A stretch of 64,000 nucleotides of DNA from an uncultured Pseudomonadota bacterium (GCA_963843375.1 CAWJKT010000001.1:192001-256000); one strand, 5' to 3'; counted from the stretch's first letter, positions 1 through 9,886 are shown. The notes: a model not told the origin generated them from the letters alone. A program made the numbers and translations.

Positions 1-885
1 CACGAGGCGGCAGCCGGACTCTTTCATGAGGATCAAGAGTTCCTCCGTCACCGCGTTGACCCGCATTCCATTCCATAATTCCCAAGTGATCTTAATGTTT
101 TTTTCGAGGATGAGCCGGCAAATGTCCATGACCCTTTGTGGATGAAGGTTGAAAACGTCGTCGTTGATTTGGAAATGCCGCCAGCCCTTGTTGTACCAGT
201 GCTCAATTTCCTTCACACTGTCTGCGGCCGACCGAGAACGAAAGCCGCTTCCCATGGTTAAAGGAACGGAACAAAAGGTGCATTTGTAAGGACATCCCCT
301 CTGGGTGATGAGGGGGATGGCTTTGACTTGATAACAAGGGTAACGTTCGATTCCGAAAGATTCGTAATCCGGATAGGGGAGTTCCTCAAGATTTTGCAGA
401 AGGGGCCGGTCACAATTTTCAATATTTTCCGAGCCGTTGCGCCATAGGAGGCCCTGGACTTCAGCGAAATTCGGTTCGGGAGATTTCAAGACATCCAAAA
501 GATGGAGCGTGGTCTGTTCCCCCTCGTTCTTGATGGCAAAATCCACGGCGGTATCTTTTAAAACCTTGAGGTGGCTGACTGAAACATGGGGCCCGCCGAT
601 GACCACTGGTGATTTGGTGTGAGCTTTGATCCGGTCAATGAGAGCATAAACGTGGGGTAAGGAGTAACTGAAGGAAGTCACCCCAATCAAATCGTACTTA
701 TTTTTCAACAATTCCACCAGACGGTCAGGTCCATCCATCCTTTCATCGTAAAGATCCACATGGACGCCTTTTGATTTTAGATAAGAAGAAAGATAAGCAA
801 CACCCGTATGAGGGTGGCCGGGGACGGCATTAGGGTCGCCAAAGATGGAGCGTAAGTTAGAAACGGTTAAAAGAACGCTATGCAT
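1..885 (-). CDS. B12-binding-domain radical SAM protein, 5' part (runs off the window edge)
   Basis: Manual translation from ATG at 885 gives MHSVLLTVSNL...HTGVAYLSSYLKSKG...VIGGPHVS...ITQRGCPYKCTFCSV (CxxxCxxC)...LMKESGCRLV. It is absent from the ORF track because there is no stop inside the window. Confidence 0.85.
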   Translation of the reverse strand, partial: MHSVLLTVSNLRSIFGDPNAVPGHPHTGVAYLSSYLKSKGVHVDLYDERMDGPDRLVELLKNKYDLIGVTSFSYSLPHVYALIDRIKAHTKSPVVIGGPHVSVSHLKVLKDTAVDFAIKNEGEQTTLHLLDVLKSPEPNFAEVQGLLWRNGSENIENCDRPLLQNLEELPYPDYESFGIERYPCYQVKAIPLITQRGCPYKCTFCSVPLTMGSGFRSRSAADSVKEIEHWYNKGWRHFQINDDVFNLHPQRVMDICRLILEKNIKITWELWNGMRVNAVTEELLILMKESGCRLV

Positions 886-1053
886 AGGCCTCGCTCAAGC
901 TAGTCCAAGGATAAATTAGACACTTATTATATACGAATCGTTTCGGGACAAAAAAAGGGTAACACATGTCCAGGAAGAGGGTCAAGGCAAGGGGAGCCGA
1001 AGACACCAATGTTTGTTGGATTTTACAAGCAACCCCCACCGCTGGTGAAAAAA

Positions 1054-2209
1054 TCACCGGATGGGAAATCCTTGGTCACTATAAGGCTCGGCTTCCACCG
1101 GAGTTGGGGTTAAAGCGGGGAGTGACTGCGGGCTGATGAGCCTGGGGGCTTGATTCGGTTTGATACGGATAATGACGTCGTTTTGGATGTCGGTGATATA
1201 AAAACGTCCTTTTGAATCGGCCGCGATAGCCGCGGAAATGGGGATGATAATTATCATTCAAAATATCATCCTTAGCCGACCATTGTCCGATAGGCTCAAA
1301 TCGCTGGTTGAAAAATTCAACGCGCCCCGCCATGCCATCGGTGACAGCCGTGATCCCGTCCTTGGTGACGGCCACACCTCCCGGCTCCTTAAATTGATAG
1401 GGCCCATCCCCATACCAGCCCAGATTGGTGACGGGGACCCCGCCGTCATTGAAAACCTGTAGCTTGAAATTACCCGTATCGGCCACCAGACCCTGGTCGA
1501 TGCTGTTGACGGTCATCCCCAAAGGAACGCTGAACATGGCCGTTATCGTGGAAGAATTGGGATCCCCGAAGGCTCCAAAAGTGGAATTGAACTGGCCCAA
1601 TTGGCTGAAGATTTCTACCCGCGAATTGCCCGAATCCAAAACCCAAATATTGCCAAAATGATCCTTGGCGATGGATCGGGGAAGATTGAAATCACCGTTA
1701 TCCGTACCCTGAGCACCCCAAGAGGATAGGACTAGGCCGCGCTCATCTAAAACCACGACGCGTTGGTTCAAGGTGTCGGCCACATAAATTTTCTTGGAGG
1801 GATGGATGAAAATCGCCGCGGGATGATTGAACTCCGGCGGATTACGCCAGTCCGCCCGGGTGCCGAAGGTTCCAAAGGTGGTCACGGGATTTCCATTCGA
1901 ATCCCAAACGACAATGCGGCTATTGCCGGTGTCCGCGATGACCATTTTACCGCTGGGAGAAATATCGATGCCTTCGGGATCGTTCAATTGATCATTGTTG
2001 GTTCCTTTGGAGCCCCACATGGCGTCGAAGGTGTAAAGTTTAGGCCCGGGGTAGGGAACGGGCGTCATGGTGGAGGTGGGTGTTTGGGTAGGTGTACCGG
2101 TGGGAGTTGCGGTTGGCGTGGGGGAGTGGTGTCTCCTTGCCCAAAGATCGGAGGGATAAGCAAAGATCATAAAAATCAGAACAACGAGGGACAAGCACTG
2201 GAAATTCAT
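1054..2209 (-). CDS. Secreted NHL-repeat beta-propeller protein with TPT linker (one frameshift near 1228)
   Basis: Signal peptide, TPTATPT tract and repeated F/LxxPxGIxxD...ADTGNxRI motifs. The last blade (IAADSKGRFYITD) continues in ORF 1054..1257. Confidence 0.8.
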
Positions 2210-2330
2210 GGATCAATGCTATCGGGGGCAATAGGGAAAAACAAGTTCTTAGTTTCAAGTGTTGAGTTGGGGTTATTATCGCGGAGTGAAAGTTTATAAA
2301 CTTAAAACTTGGGAATAAGTTTAGTTTTTT

Positions 2331-2813
2331 TTAGGCGCTTTCCATCCGGCTCTGGCAATTAATACAGCGAGTGGCCCAGGGGAGGGCTTTCAAACGGGCC
2401 ATGGGAATGGATTTTGTGCAGACTTCACATTTTCCGTAAGAACCGTCTTCGATGAGCAGGATCGCCTTTTCAATGCGCTCCAGTTCAATGCGGTCATTTT
2501 CCATGAGGGTGACAGAAAGGTGCTGGTTTAATTCGCCCGAACCGTGATCGGCCATGTCTCCGGGCATATTTTGATTATCGGCGATTTCTTCCTTCAGGTC
2601 CTGCTCTAAGTGATTTACCTGACCGGTAATTTCATTTCGGCGCTGTTGAAGCTTTAGCAGAAGGGGTTGGAAGGCGGGATCAATGCGGACCTTTTTCTTG
2701 ATGACAGGTTTCGCGATGAGCATGGGTTTTGAGGATTTGGCGGCGGATTTTTTAGTGATCGATTTGGTTTTTTTTGCGGTTTTTTTCTTCGCGAATTTTT
2801 TCTTGGGAGACAT
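2331..2813 (-). CDS. DksA/TraR C4-type zinc finger protein with Lys-rich N-terminus
   Basis: GDMADHG coiled-coil tip and YGKCEVC...RLKALPWATRCINC. GGAGG RBS before the ATG at 2813. Confidence 0.85.
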   Translation of the reverse strand: MSPKKKFAKKKTAKKTKSITKKSAAKSSKPMLIAKPVIKKKVRIDPAFQPLLLKLQQRRNEITGQVNHLEQDLKEEIADNQNMPGDMADHGSGELNQHLSVTLMENDRIELERIEKAILLIEDGSYGKCEVCTKSIPMARLKALPWATRCINCQSRMESA

Positions 2814-2871
2814 AGTTTCCTCCAAAATTTGTTGGTTCGTAATAAGACTTCAGGGAGTTGAAAAGGATAGA

Positions 2872-2900
2872 AGAGTATCGGAGGGGTGAAAAACTGTCAA
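2872..2900 (-). promoter_or_regulatory. sigma70-type promoter for the DksA-like gene
   Basis: TTGACA-N17-TACTCT on the minus strand. Confidence 0.55.
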
Positions 2901-3044
2901 GAATAAAGGGCCGAAATTCAGTTGAAATTGCAGGAAATAAAGCGAAGCCCTGTGGGCTCCTTTTGGAGGGACACCCCTGTCTTGAAGGGTATAGGAACCT
3001 TATACTTGGATATCTTTCATCCCGCCGGTGAAAAAGGAGTTTTT

Positions 3045-3614
3045 ATGGCCTTGAGCATAGCGCTAGTCGTCCTTTTATTTATCTTAGGTATCGCCCTTTT
3101 AGGAGCGATTTATCTTGTTACCGTCTATAACTCGCTGGTTCGTTTCCGGGTGGAAGTGGACAATTCCTGGAGCCAAATTGATGTCCAGCTGAAAAGGCGC
3201 CACGACCTTATCCCTAACCTGGTTGAAACGGTGAAAGGGGTGATGGATTTTGAAAAAAATACCCTTACACAAGTCATGCAAGCCCGTGCGGCCGCCATGG
3301 GGGCCACCAACCCGTCCGACCGGGTCAAAGCGGAAAATGACATTACCTCCGGCTTGGGCCGCCTCCTGGCTGTCTGGGAAAATTACCCCGCCTTGAAGTC
3401 CAACCAAAACGCCAGCCAACTTCAAGAGGAACTGGCCTCCACCGAGAATAAAATCGCCGATGTTCGCAGCCATTACAACGATGTCGTTGCGAATTATAAC
3501 GCCCTCACCCAGCAATTTCCTTCCAATATAGTCTCCGGATCCTTTGGCTTTTCCCAAAGGGAATTCATGAAAGCCGCCGATTCGGAAAAGGAAGTTCCTC
3601 AAGTCAAATTTTGA
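3045..3614 (+). CDS. lemA: LemA family protein
   Basis: N-terminal TM, YNSLV...WSQIDVQLKRRHDLIPNLVETVKG, ENYPALKSN, QFPSNIV. AAGGAG RBS before the ATG at 3045. Confidence 0.92.
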   Translation: MALSIALVVLLFILGIALLGAIYLVTVYNSLVRFRVEVDNSWSQIDVQLKRRHDLIPNLVETVKGVMDFEKNTLTQVMQARAAAMGATNPSDRVKAENDITSGLGRLLAVWENYPALKSNQNASQLQEELASTENKIADVRSHYNDVVANYNALTQQFPSNIVSGSFGFSQREFMKAADSEKEVPQVKF

Positions 3615-3927
3615 ACTGCCATACTTTCTGATCTTTATTTTAAGGATTCATGAGTTTCGTTTATTCTTTTCGAAGGCAGGGGGGAGAGTTTGTTTAACCG
3701 ACCCTATCAGCATACTGCTTATATCCATTCGCTTTTCTTGACCTATATCTAGGGGCAAGTCCCGGTGACCCATACCAGGGACGCCCCCCTTTGGGGGATT
3801 CAATCCCCAGCCAGTGGCGATAAAGATATAACCAAGTATAATTTGGGCATTCTATAAAAAGACGCCGGGTAGCCGCAGTTCCCGGCAACAAAACAACATC
3901 TTTCAACACCAATGGAGCAGCCGTATT

Positions 3928-6900
3928 TTGGGTCGATTAAAAAGTATCGCTTATCTTCTTTTTGTTCCTACCGCCTTTTTACTTTTGGGGGCCTCGCCCC
4001 TTTCCGCCCAAATAAGCCTGACCAAGTCCGTTAATGTTTCCTCAGCCTCTTCAGGCGGCCCCATTACTTATATCCTTAATTATTCCAACGCCAATACCAA
4101 TACGACCTGTTCGGATACATTCGAAGAGGATGCCTTGGGGGTCCAGCCGCCAGGTTGGACCGATTCGGGCGGAACTTGGACCACGGTTGCCGACGACGGC
4201 CCCAGCGCGCCTGGAACTATGGCTCTTCAAGGGGTCGCTGCGGCTAATACCTATCCCAACTTCCTGAATTCCTGCGCGGGTCAGGTGGGGGACGGTTCCA
4301 TCCAAGCGGACATGAAGATCAACGCCACTGGACAAACAGGCGTGCTTCTGTGGCGCTTTACGGGTTCCAATACCCCGACGGTGGTGAACGGCTCGAACTA
4401 CCAGGCTGATATCGAAAGCGGCACCGCCAACAATGTTTCGGTGAATTACTACAACAATGGAACCGCCACTTTCCAAAACGTGGCGACGGCGAGTTTTACC
4501 ATCACCGCAGGCACTTGGTACACGGTTCTGTTCCAGGTTGCCGGTTCGGGAACGACCGCCACCTTGTCCCTTTCGATTAACGGCACCCAAGTGATCGCCC
4601 CCACCGCCTCGAATTTCTCCATTGGTTCGGGTTTCGCGGGTCTCCAGGTGAACAGCGGTGGGACCGTTCGATTTGACAATGTTTCCATCATCAAATCTGT
4701 CCAGGCCTACAACGTTACCGTGACTGATACTCTTCCAACGGGTCTGACTTATGTTTCTTCCAGCGGTTCACCAACGGTCAATGCCCCGCAAATAGTTTGG
4801 AACTTGGGCAATCTGGCGAGTGGAGCCTCCGGCGCGCTGACGGTTTCCGGAACAATCAACGATTGCGGTATCACCCTGACCAACACCGGGGAGGTGAATA
4901 GCACCCTACCGATGGCGGCCAATATTTCCGCCGCAGTCACGACCATCATTGCCGTTTGCACTCCGACTCCCACTTATACCCCGTCAGCCACGGACACCAT
5001 GACACCGACTTTAACCCCAACCCCTTCATCTACTTTTTCAGCGACAAGTACCGCTACATTTACTCCCAAGAACAGTCCTACCCTCACGGCAACCGCTACC
5101 GCGACGAGTACGACCACCAGTACGGCGACGTCAACGGCGACCAACACCCCTACTCCAACCCCCAGTTTTACCGATACCAGTACCGCCTCGATGACCGCGA
5201 CTAATACCGCTACCAGTTCGGCCACCTACACGCCCTCGAGCACGGTTACTCCAACGGCGACCAACACCACCACTTTAACCGCCACAAGTACGGCCACCTT
5301 GACGGCTTCAAGTACCCCAACCAGTTCAGCCACTAATACCGCCACCAATACACCCACCGATACCGCCACGGCCACTGCGACAAAGACCTGGACGAATACG
5401 GCCACTTCTACGGCCACGGATACCCCTTCCTCTACGGCAACAAGTACACCTTCAAATACGACTACTACAACAGCGACATTCACACCCACCACAACCGGGA
5501 CTTATACGGTCACCTTGACCTTTACTGATACCGCTTCAAACACGACTACGAATACCCCCTCGGGTACAGCCACCTCAACTGAGACTAACACGGTTACAGC
5601 CACACCCACCGCTACACCGACTTATACGTCTACTTCAACCGCCACTGGAACAGCGACTTTAACGGCTACGAATACCGCCACTAACACAGCTTCTAATACG
5701 GCAACGAATACACCCTCGAGCACCACAACGCCAACGGCGACCAGCACCACAACATCCACTCCCTCTTCGACTGCGACTTCTACGGGAACTTTCACGTTCA
5801 CGGGGACGCCCACTGACACTTTCGCTGATACCGCAACGAACACAGCCACTTCAACTGTCACTGGAACAGCGACTTTAACGTCGACGAATACCGCCACTAA
5901 CACGGCTTCAAATACGGCAACGAATACAACCTCAAGTACCACGACGCCAACGGCGACCAGCACCACGACATCCACTCCCACTTCAACCGCGACTTCTACA
6001 GGAACTTCTACGTTCACGGGGACGCCCACCGCCACTTTCGCCGATTCCGCGACGAGTACACCTACTTCAACCGCCACTGGAACCGCGACTTTAACGGCTA
6101 CGAATACTGTCACTAACACGGTTTCAAATACGGCAACGAATATACCCTCGAGTACCACAACGCCAACGGCGACTCGCACCGCGACATCCACTCCCATTTC
6201 GACCGAAACTTCTACGGTCACCTCAACCGTAACCCTTACCAACACTTCGGGGAATACCGTTACGAATACTCCCACGTCATCCCTTACTGCAACGTCTTCC
6301 TCGACCCCCAGTCAAACGGCCACCCAAAGTCCCACAAGGACTTCCACATTTACTCCCGCCGCGACCCCTACTTCCACGCCTGCGGCCACCGTTTCCTGCG
6401 CTTTTGAAACGATCAATATTTTCGACCAGCGAGGTGAATTAGTAAGAACCCTCTGTGGCTTCCTGGGAGTCCTGAGTCCCGAAAACCTGAACCTAACGGT
6501 TTCAACTTTTGTTCCAAATCCATCCGGGTTGGGGGGTACTTTGGTCTTTTCTTTGAACGGAAAGACTTTAGCCACCTGGGACGCGATTAATAACGATGGC
6601 ACGGTGGTTCCAAATGGTTTCTATCACTTAGTGGTGATCCAAGTTTTTGCCGATGGAACCAGCGAGCAACTGCAAACCACTGTTTATGTAGGGGCCCTTT
6701 CCCAAACGGCGCAGGTTCAATTGTCGGCCCAACCCAACATCGTTACTTCCGGCGGAACCATCCGTCTTTTGGGGATGGTGGATGGAATTCCGGTGAATGG
6801 GAGCCAAGTCCTCAAGATTTATGACACCAGCCGCGAACTGGTAAAAACTTTGGGTATGTCCGGCGGTCAAGCGATTTGGGATTTAACCAACGCAGTCGGC

Positions 6901-7002
6901 CAGGAAGTTGGCTCCGGCCTTTACTTGATTGTCCTGGATACGGTGGATCCTAAAACGGGAAATCCAGCCCAAAAAATCATCAAGGTTGTCTTTTTAAGGT
7001 AG
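3928..7002 (+). CDS. Large secreted/surface protein: DUF11-like Ig domain, lectin-like beta-sandwich, Thr/Ser/Pro-rich stalk, C-terminal FlgD-Ig-like domains
   Basis: Signal peptide, LTKSV...ITYILNYSN / NVTVTDTLPTGLTYVS, about 470 aa of TxT repeats, and IYDTSRELVKTL...WDLTNAVGQEVGSGLYLI. Confidence 0.8.
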   Translation: MGRLKSIAYLLFVPTAFLLLGASPLSAQISLTKSVNVSSASSGGPITYILNYSNANTNTTCSDTFEEDALGVQPPGWTDSGGTWTTVADDGPSAPGTMALQGVAAANTYPNFLNSCAGQVGDGSIQADMKINATGQTGVLLWRFTGSNTPTVVNGSNYQADIESGTANNVSVNYYNNGTATFQNVATASFTITAGTWYTVLFQVAGSGTTATLSLSINGTQVIAPTASNFSIGSGFAGLQVNSGGTVRFDNVSIIKSVQAYNVTVTDTLPTGLTYVSSSGSPTVNAPQIVWNLGNLASGASGALTVSGTINDCGITLTNTGEVNSTLPMAANISAAVTTIIAVCTPTPTYTPSATDTMTPTLTPTPSSTFSATSTATFTPKNSPTLTATATATSTTTSTATSTATNTPTPTPSFTDTSTASMTATNTATSSATYTPSSTVTPTATNTTTLTATSTATLTASSTPTSSATNTATNTPTDTATATATKTWTNTATSTATDTPSSTATSTPSNTTTTTATFTPTTTGTYTVTLTFTDTASNTTTNTPSGTATSTETNTVTATPTATPTYTSTSTATGTATLTATNTATNTASNTATNTPSSTTTPTATSTTTSTPSSTATSTGTFTFTGTPTDTFADTATNTATSTVTGTATLTSTNTATNTASNTATNTTSSTTTPTATSTTTSTPTSTATSTGTSTFTGTPTATFADSATSTPTSTATGTATLTATNTVTNTVSNTATNIPSSTTTPTATRTATSTPISTETSTVTSTVTLTNTSGNTVTNTPTSSLTATSSSTPSQTATQSPTRTSTFTPAATPTSTPAATVSCAFETINIFDQRGELVRTLCGFLGVLSPENLNLTVSTFVPNPSGLGGTLVFSLNGKTLATWDAINNDGTVVPNGFYHLVVIQVFADGTSEQLQTTVYVGALSQTAQVQLSAQPNIVTSGGTIRLLGMVDGIPVNGSQVLKIYDTSRELVKTLGMSGGQAIWDLTNAVGQEVGSGLYLIVLDTVDPKTGNPAQKIIKVVFLR
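5632..6200 (+). repeat. Intragenic tandem repeat, 216-bp (72-aa) unit, about 2.7 copies
   Basis: Near-identical ACTTCAAC..CACTGGAAC.GCGACTTTAACG blocks start at 5632, 5848 and 6064. Confidence 0.9.
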
Positions 7003-7057
7003 GGATCGCCATTAACCGTTTGCTCCAGTTTTCTTCTTCCGTTACCATGCCTTTATT

Positions 7058-8101
7058 ATGGAAATTGTCCTTCTAAGGCTGGACCGGATCGGGGATTTTA
7101 TTTTGGGAATTCCCGCCTACCGGGCCCTCCGCCAAGCCCATCCAAACGCCCATATTTCGGTTATGGTCCCCTCGCCGGTTGCGGAACTAGCCAAAGTTTG
7201 CCCCTATTTCGACGAGGTTTATCTCTATGACGCCCTCTGGCTATTACCCGGCGAGAAGCCCTTGAACCGCTGGAAATCAGCTTGGAAATTGATCCGATTT
7301 CTCCGGTCCAAGCCGATTGATCTTCTAGTTGATTTCCGTTACCAAAGCCGTCTGGACCCCCTAGTAGCGGGACTTTCCGGGGCCACCGAAAGGGTGGGGG
7401 TGGACTTGGGATGGGTCAGTTCCTTTCTGACCAAGAAAGTGGAGCAACCGGCATCAAAACTTCACCAAGTGGAACGAAATCTTCATTTTCTCCAGGCCAT
7501 CGGGGTGACGACCGGGGACCATAAGCTGGAAATGTGGTTCGAAGAACAGGACCGCAAAGCGGCTGAAAGACATCTCCCCACTCAGGAGCTTTTGCCGGGC
7601 GTGCCCCGAATCGCCATCCATATTGGCGCGGCTACTCCTTCCAAAAGATGGCGGGAGGAGAGTTTTGAAGTGCTTATCCACGAACTTCACTCCAACACCC
7701 AAGCCGAAATTATTGTTTTAGGGGGGGAGAACGATTTGGGGTTCTCCCAGGAGGTGGTGGATGGGCTGGAATGCCCGATCATCAACCTGGTGGGAAAGCT
7801 TTCACTACGGCAGATGGCGGCCTTGATGACGGACTGCCGGATGTTCATCGGGTGCGATTCGGGAGCTAGCCATCTGGCCGCCGCCTGCGGCATACCGGTG
7901 ATCAGTCTTTTCTCCGCGGCCAATGAGGTTGAAATTTGGAAACCCTGGGGGCCGAAAGTCAAAGTCCTCACCGAACATCCCGCCTGTTCGCCATGCAAGA
8001 GCCATGAGTGCCTGAGAACCGACGGTTATTTCTGCATGGCGGAAATCAAAGTGGAGGATGTTTTTTCGGCGGCAAAAGCGTTTCTGGAAGAGACGGATTA
8101 G
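7058..8101 (+). CDS. Glycosyltransferase family 9 (ADP-heptose:LPS heptosyltransferase-like)
   Basis: RLDRIGDFIL, HIGAATPSKRW, GCDSGASHLAAA, WKPWG, CSPC. Confidence 0.9.
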   Translation: MEIVLLRLDRIGDFILGIPAYRALRQAHPNAHISVMVPSPVAELAKVCPYFDEVYLYDALWLLPGEKPLNRWKSAWKLIRFLRSKPIDLLVDFRYQSRLDPLVAGLSGATERVGVDLGWVSSFLTKKVEQPASKLHQVERNLHFLQAIGVTTGDHKLEMWFEEQDRKAAERHLPTQELLPGVPRIAIHIGAATPSKRWREESFEVLIHELHSNTQAEIIVLGGENDLGFSQEVVDGLECPIINLVGKLSLRQMAALMTDCRMFIGCDSGASHLAAACGIPVISLFSAANEVEIWKPWGPKVKVLTEHPACSPCKSHECLRTDGYFCMAEIKVEDVFSAAKAFLEETD

Positions 8102-8104
8102 GTT

Positions 8105-8668
8105 CTAAGACAACAATAGTTCCTCATCGGGTTTGAGAAACCTCCACTTGCCCGATTCGACGTCCAGGCCCAAGCCTCCAATGCGGGTTCGCTTCAATTC
8201 CAAAACTTTCAAAGGTGTTCCGAATTTAGTGTCCTTGAGGCTTCCAAACAAGCGACGGATATGGCGGTTTTTACCTTCATCCAGCACGACTTCCAGCTTG
8301 GTTTTGTGTCCGGCGCCGCCCTTTATTTCCACCTGATAGGCTTTCAGCAATTCTCCCGAATTTTCCACGCCTTTAAGAGCTTGTTTGATATGAGCTTGAG
8401 TGACCAGGCCTCGCACCCAAACCTCGTAGGTCTTAAGGCAGGAGCCCGGTTGGGTAATCCGGTCTGCCAGTTTGTCGCTTCGGGTGAAAAGCAGGAGGCC
8501 TTTGGAATCCAGGTCCAGCCGTCCCACGGGTTTCCAATTTTTCTCATAAGCCCATTCGGGAAGGAGGACATAGACGATTTTGCGGTCTTTTTCGTCAGAA
8601 CGAGTGACGACGTAACCTTTAGGCTTGTTGAGCATCAATAAATTCGAGGAGGTTGGGCCGTCGGTCAT
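8105..8668 (-). CDS. RsuA/RluB/E/F-family pseudouridine synthase lacking the S4 domain
   Basis: LNKPKGYV, VGRLDLDSKGLLLFT, EGKNRHIRR. Confidence 0.9.
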   Translation of the reverse strand: MTDGPTSSNLLMLNKPKGYVVTRSDEKDRKIVYVLLPEWAYEKNWKPVGRLDLDSKGLLLFTRSDKLADRITQPGSCLKTYEVWVRGLVTQAHIKQALKGVENSGELLKAYQVEIKGGAGHKTKLEVVLDEGKNRHIRRLFGSLKDTKFGTPLKVLELKRTRIGGLGLDVESGKWRFLKPDEELLLS

Positions 8669-8677
8669 TTGTCTTTC

Positions 8678-9886
8678 TTAATTCGCGGGATTTTTTAAGG
8701 CTTGCTTGAAAACATCGCCAAGGCGCCGGATGCCTTCTTTGATTTTTGCCTCGTCCACCGCGCAGTAGGTCAGGCGAAGGGTATTAAGTCCTTTGTTTTC
8801 ACCCGTGTAAAAGGCTGTTCCCACCACATAAGCCACTTTTGCGGCGACCGCCCTCTCGAAAAGTTTCACGGTATTGTAGCCCTCAGGCAAACCGGCCCAG
8901 ACGAAGAAGCCGCCCAAGGGCTTGTTGTACCACACTTCCGCGGGAAAATAGGTCTTGATGGCTTCCAACATGACGTCCCGGCGTTTTTGATAGGTGCCGA
9001 TCAATTTTTGTATGTGGGTGTGAATATGGCCGCCTTTAAGAAATTCGGCCGCGATGGATTGGGAAAGAACATCGGTGCAAACGTCGATTGTTTCCTTGGC
9101 GGTAGCCATTTGGGTCACCAAGGCGGGGTCGGCGCAAACCCATCCCAAACGCATGCCAGGAGACGCAATTTTACTGAAACTTCCCAGGTAAATTACCCGA
9201 CCGTCAATGTCAAAGGACTTTAATGGTTTAATGGTTTTCCCGGTGAAATTTAATTCACCATAGGGATTGTCTTCTATAACTAAAAGATTATGTTTTCGGG
9301 CCACTTCCACCAATTTTGCCCTTTCCACTTCCGGCATGGTGGAACCCCCGGGATTCTGGAAAGTTGGAATGGTATAAATCAATTTAGGCTTTCGGGGGGC
9401 CTGGGCGATTTTTTGGTCCACTTCATCGGGGTTCAAACCATTGGGCCCGCAGGCCGCGGGCAGGAACTCAGCCAAAAAATTCTGAAAAGAAAGGAGGCCC
9501 CCCAGGTAACTGGGTTCCTCCACGACAACGCCGTCCCCGGGATTCAATAGGGTAAGCCCCGAGAGGTAGAGCCCCTGCTGGCTTCCGGTGGTGATAAGGA
9601 TGTTGTCAGGGGTGCAGGCGATTCCCTGGGCCTTAAGGTAATCGGCCACTGCCTCGCGAAATGGGCGCCAGCCGATAGTTTCGCCATATTGCAGGGACAA
9701 CTTGCCCTGTTCGAGAATGACACGCGAGGCGATATTGGCCAGCAGGTCCCGGGGAAAGAGTTCAGCGTCAGGCGTCCCACCGGCGAAGGAGATGATATCG
9801 GACTGCTGGACCAGTTTTAAAAGGGCCCGAATAATAGAGGGTTTCATCCGGGTGGATGCTTGGGAGAAAGAATGGGAAAAGTCCAT
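8678..9886 (-). CDS. PLP-dependent aminotransferase class I/II (LysN/2-aminoadipate transaminase-like)
   Basis: ISFAGG, YTIPTFQNPGG, EDNPYGEL, GSFSKIASPGMRLGW. Confidence 0.88.
   Translation of the reverse strand: MDFSHSFSQASTRMKPSIIRALLKLVQQSDIISFAGGTPDAELFPRDLLANIASRVILEQGKLSLQYGETIGWRPFREAVADYLKAQGIACTPDNILITTGSQQGLYLSGLTLLNPGDGVVVEEPSYLGGLLSFQNFLAEFLPAACGPNGLNPDEVDQKIAQAPRKPKLIYTIPTFQNPGGSTMPEVERAKLVEVARKHNLLVIEDNPYGELNFTGKTIKPLKSFDIDGRVIYLGSFSKIASPGMRLGWVCADPALVTQMATAKETIDVCTDVLSQSIAAEFLKGGHIHTHIQKLIGTYQKRRDVMLEAIKTYFPAEVWYNKPLGGFFVWAGLPEGYNTVKLFERAVAAKVAYVVGTAFYTGENKGLNTLRLTYCAVDEAKIKEGIRRLGDVFKQALKNPAN

Noticed and set aside
5632..6200. Repeats as a CRISPR array or mobile element
   Set aside because: In-frame coding tandem units with no unique spacers, and no cas or transposase genes.
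4749..6602. Val/Ala/Gly-rich minus-strand ORFs
   Set aside because: Antisense shadows of the Thr-codon repeats in the 1024-aa gene.
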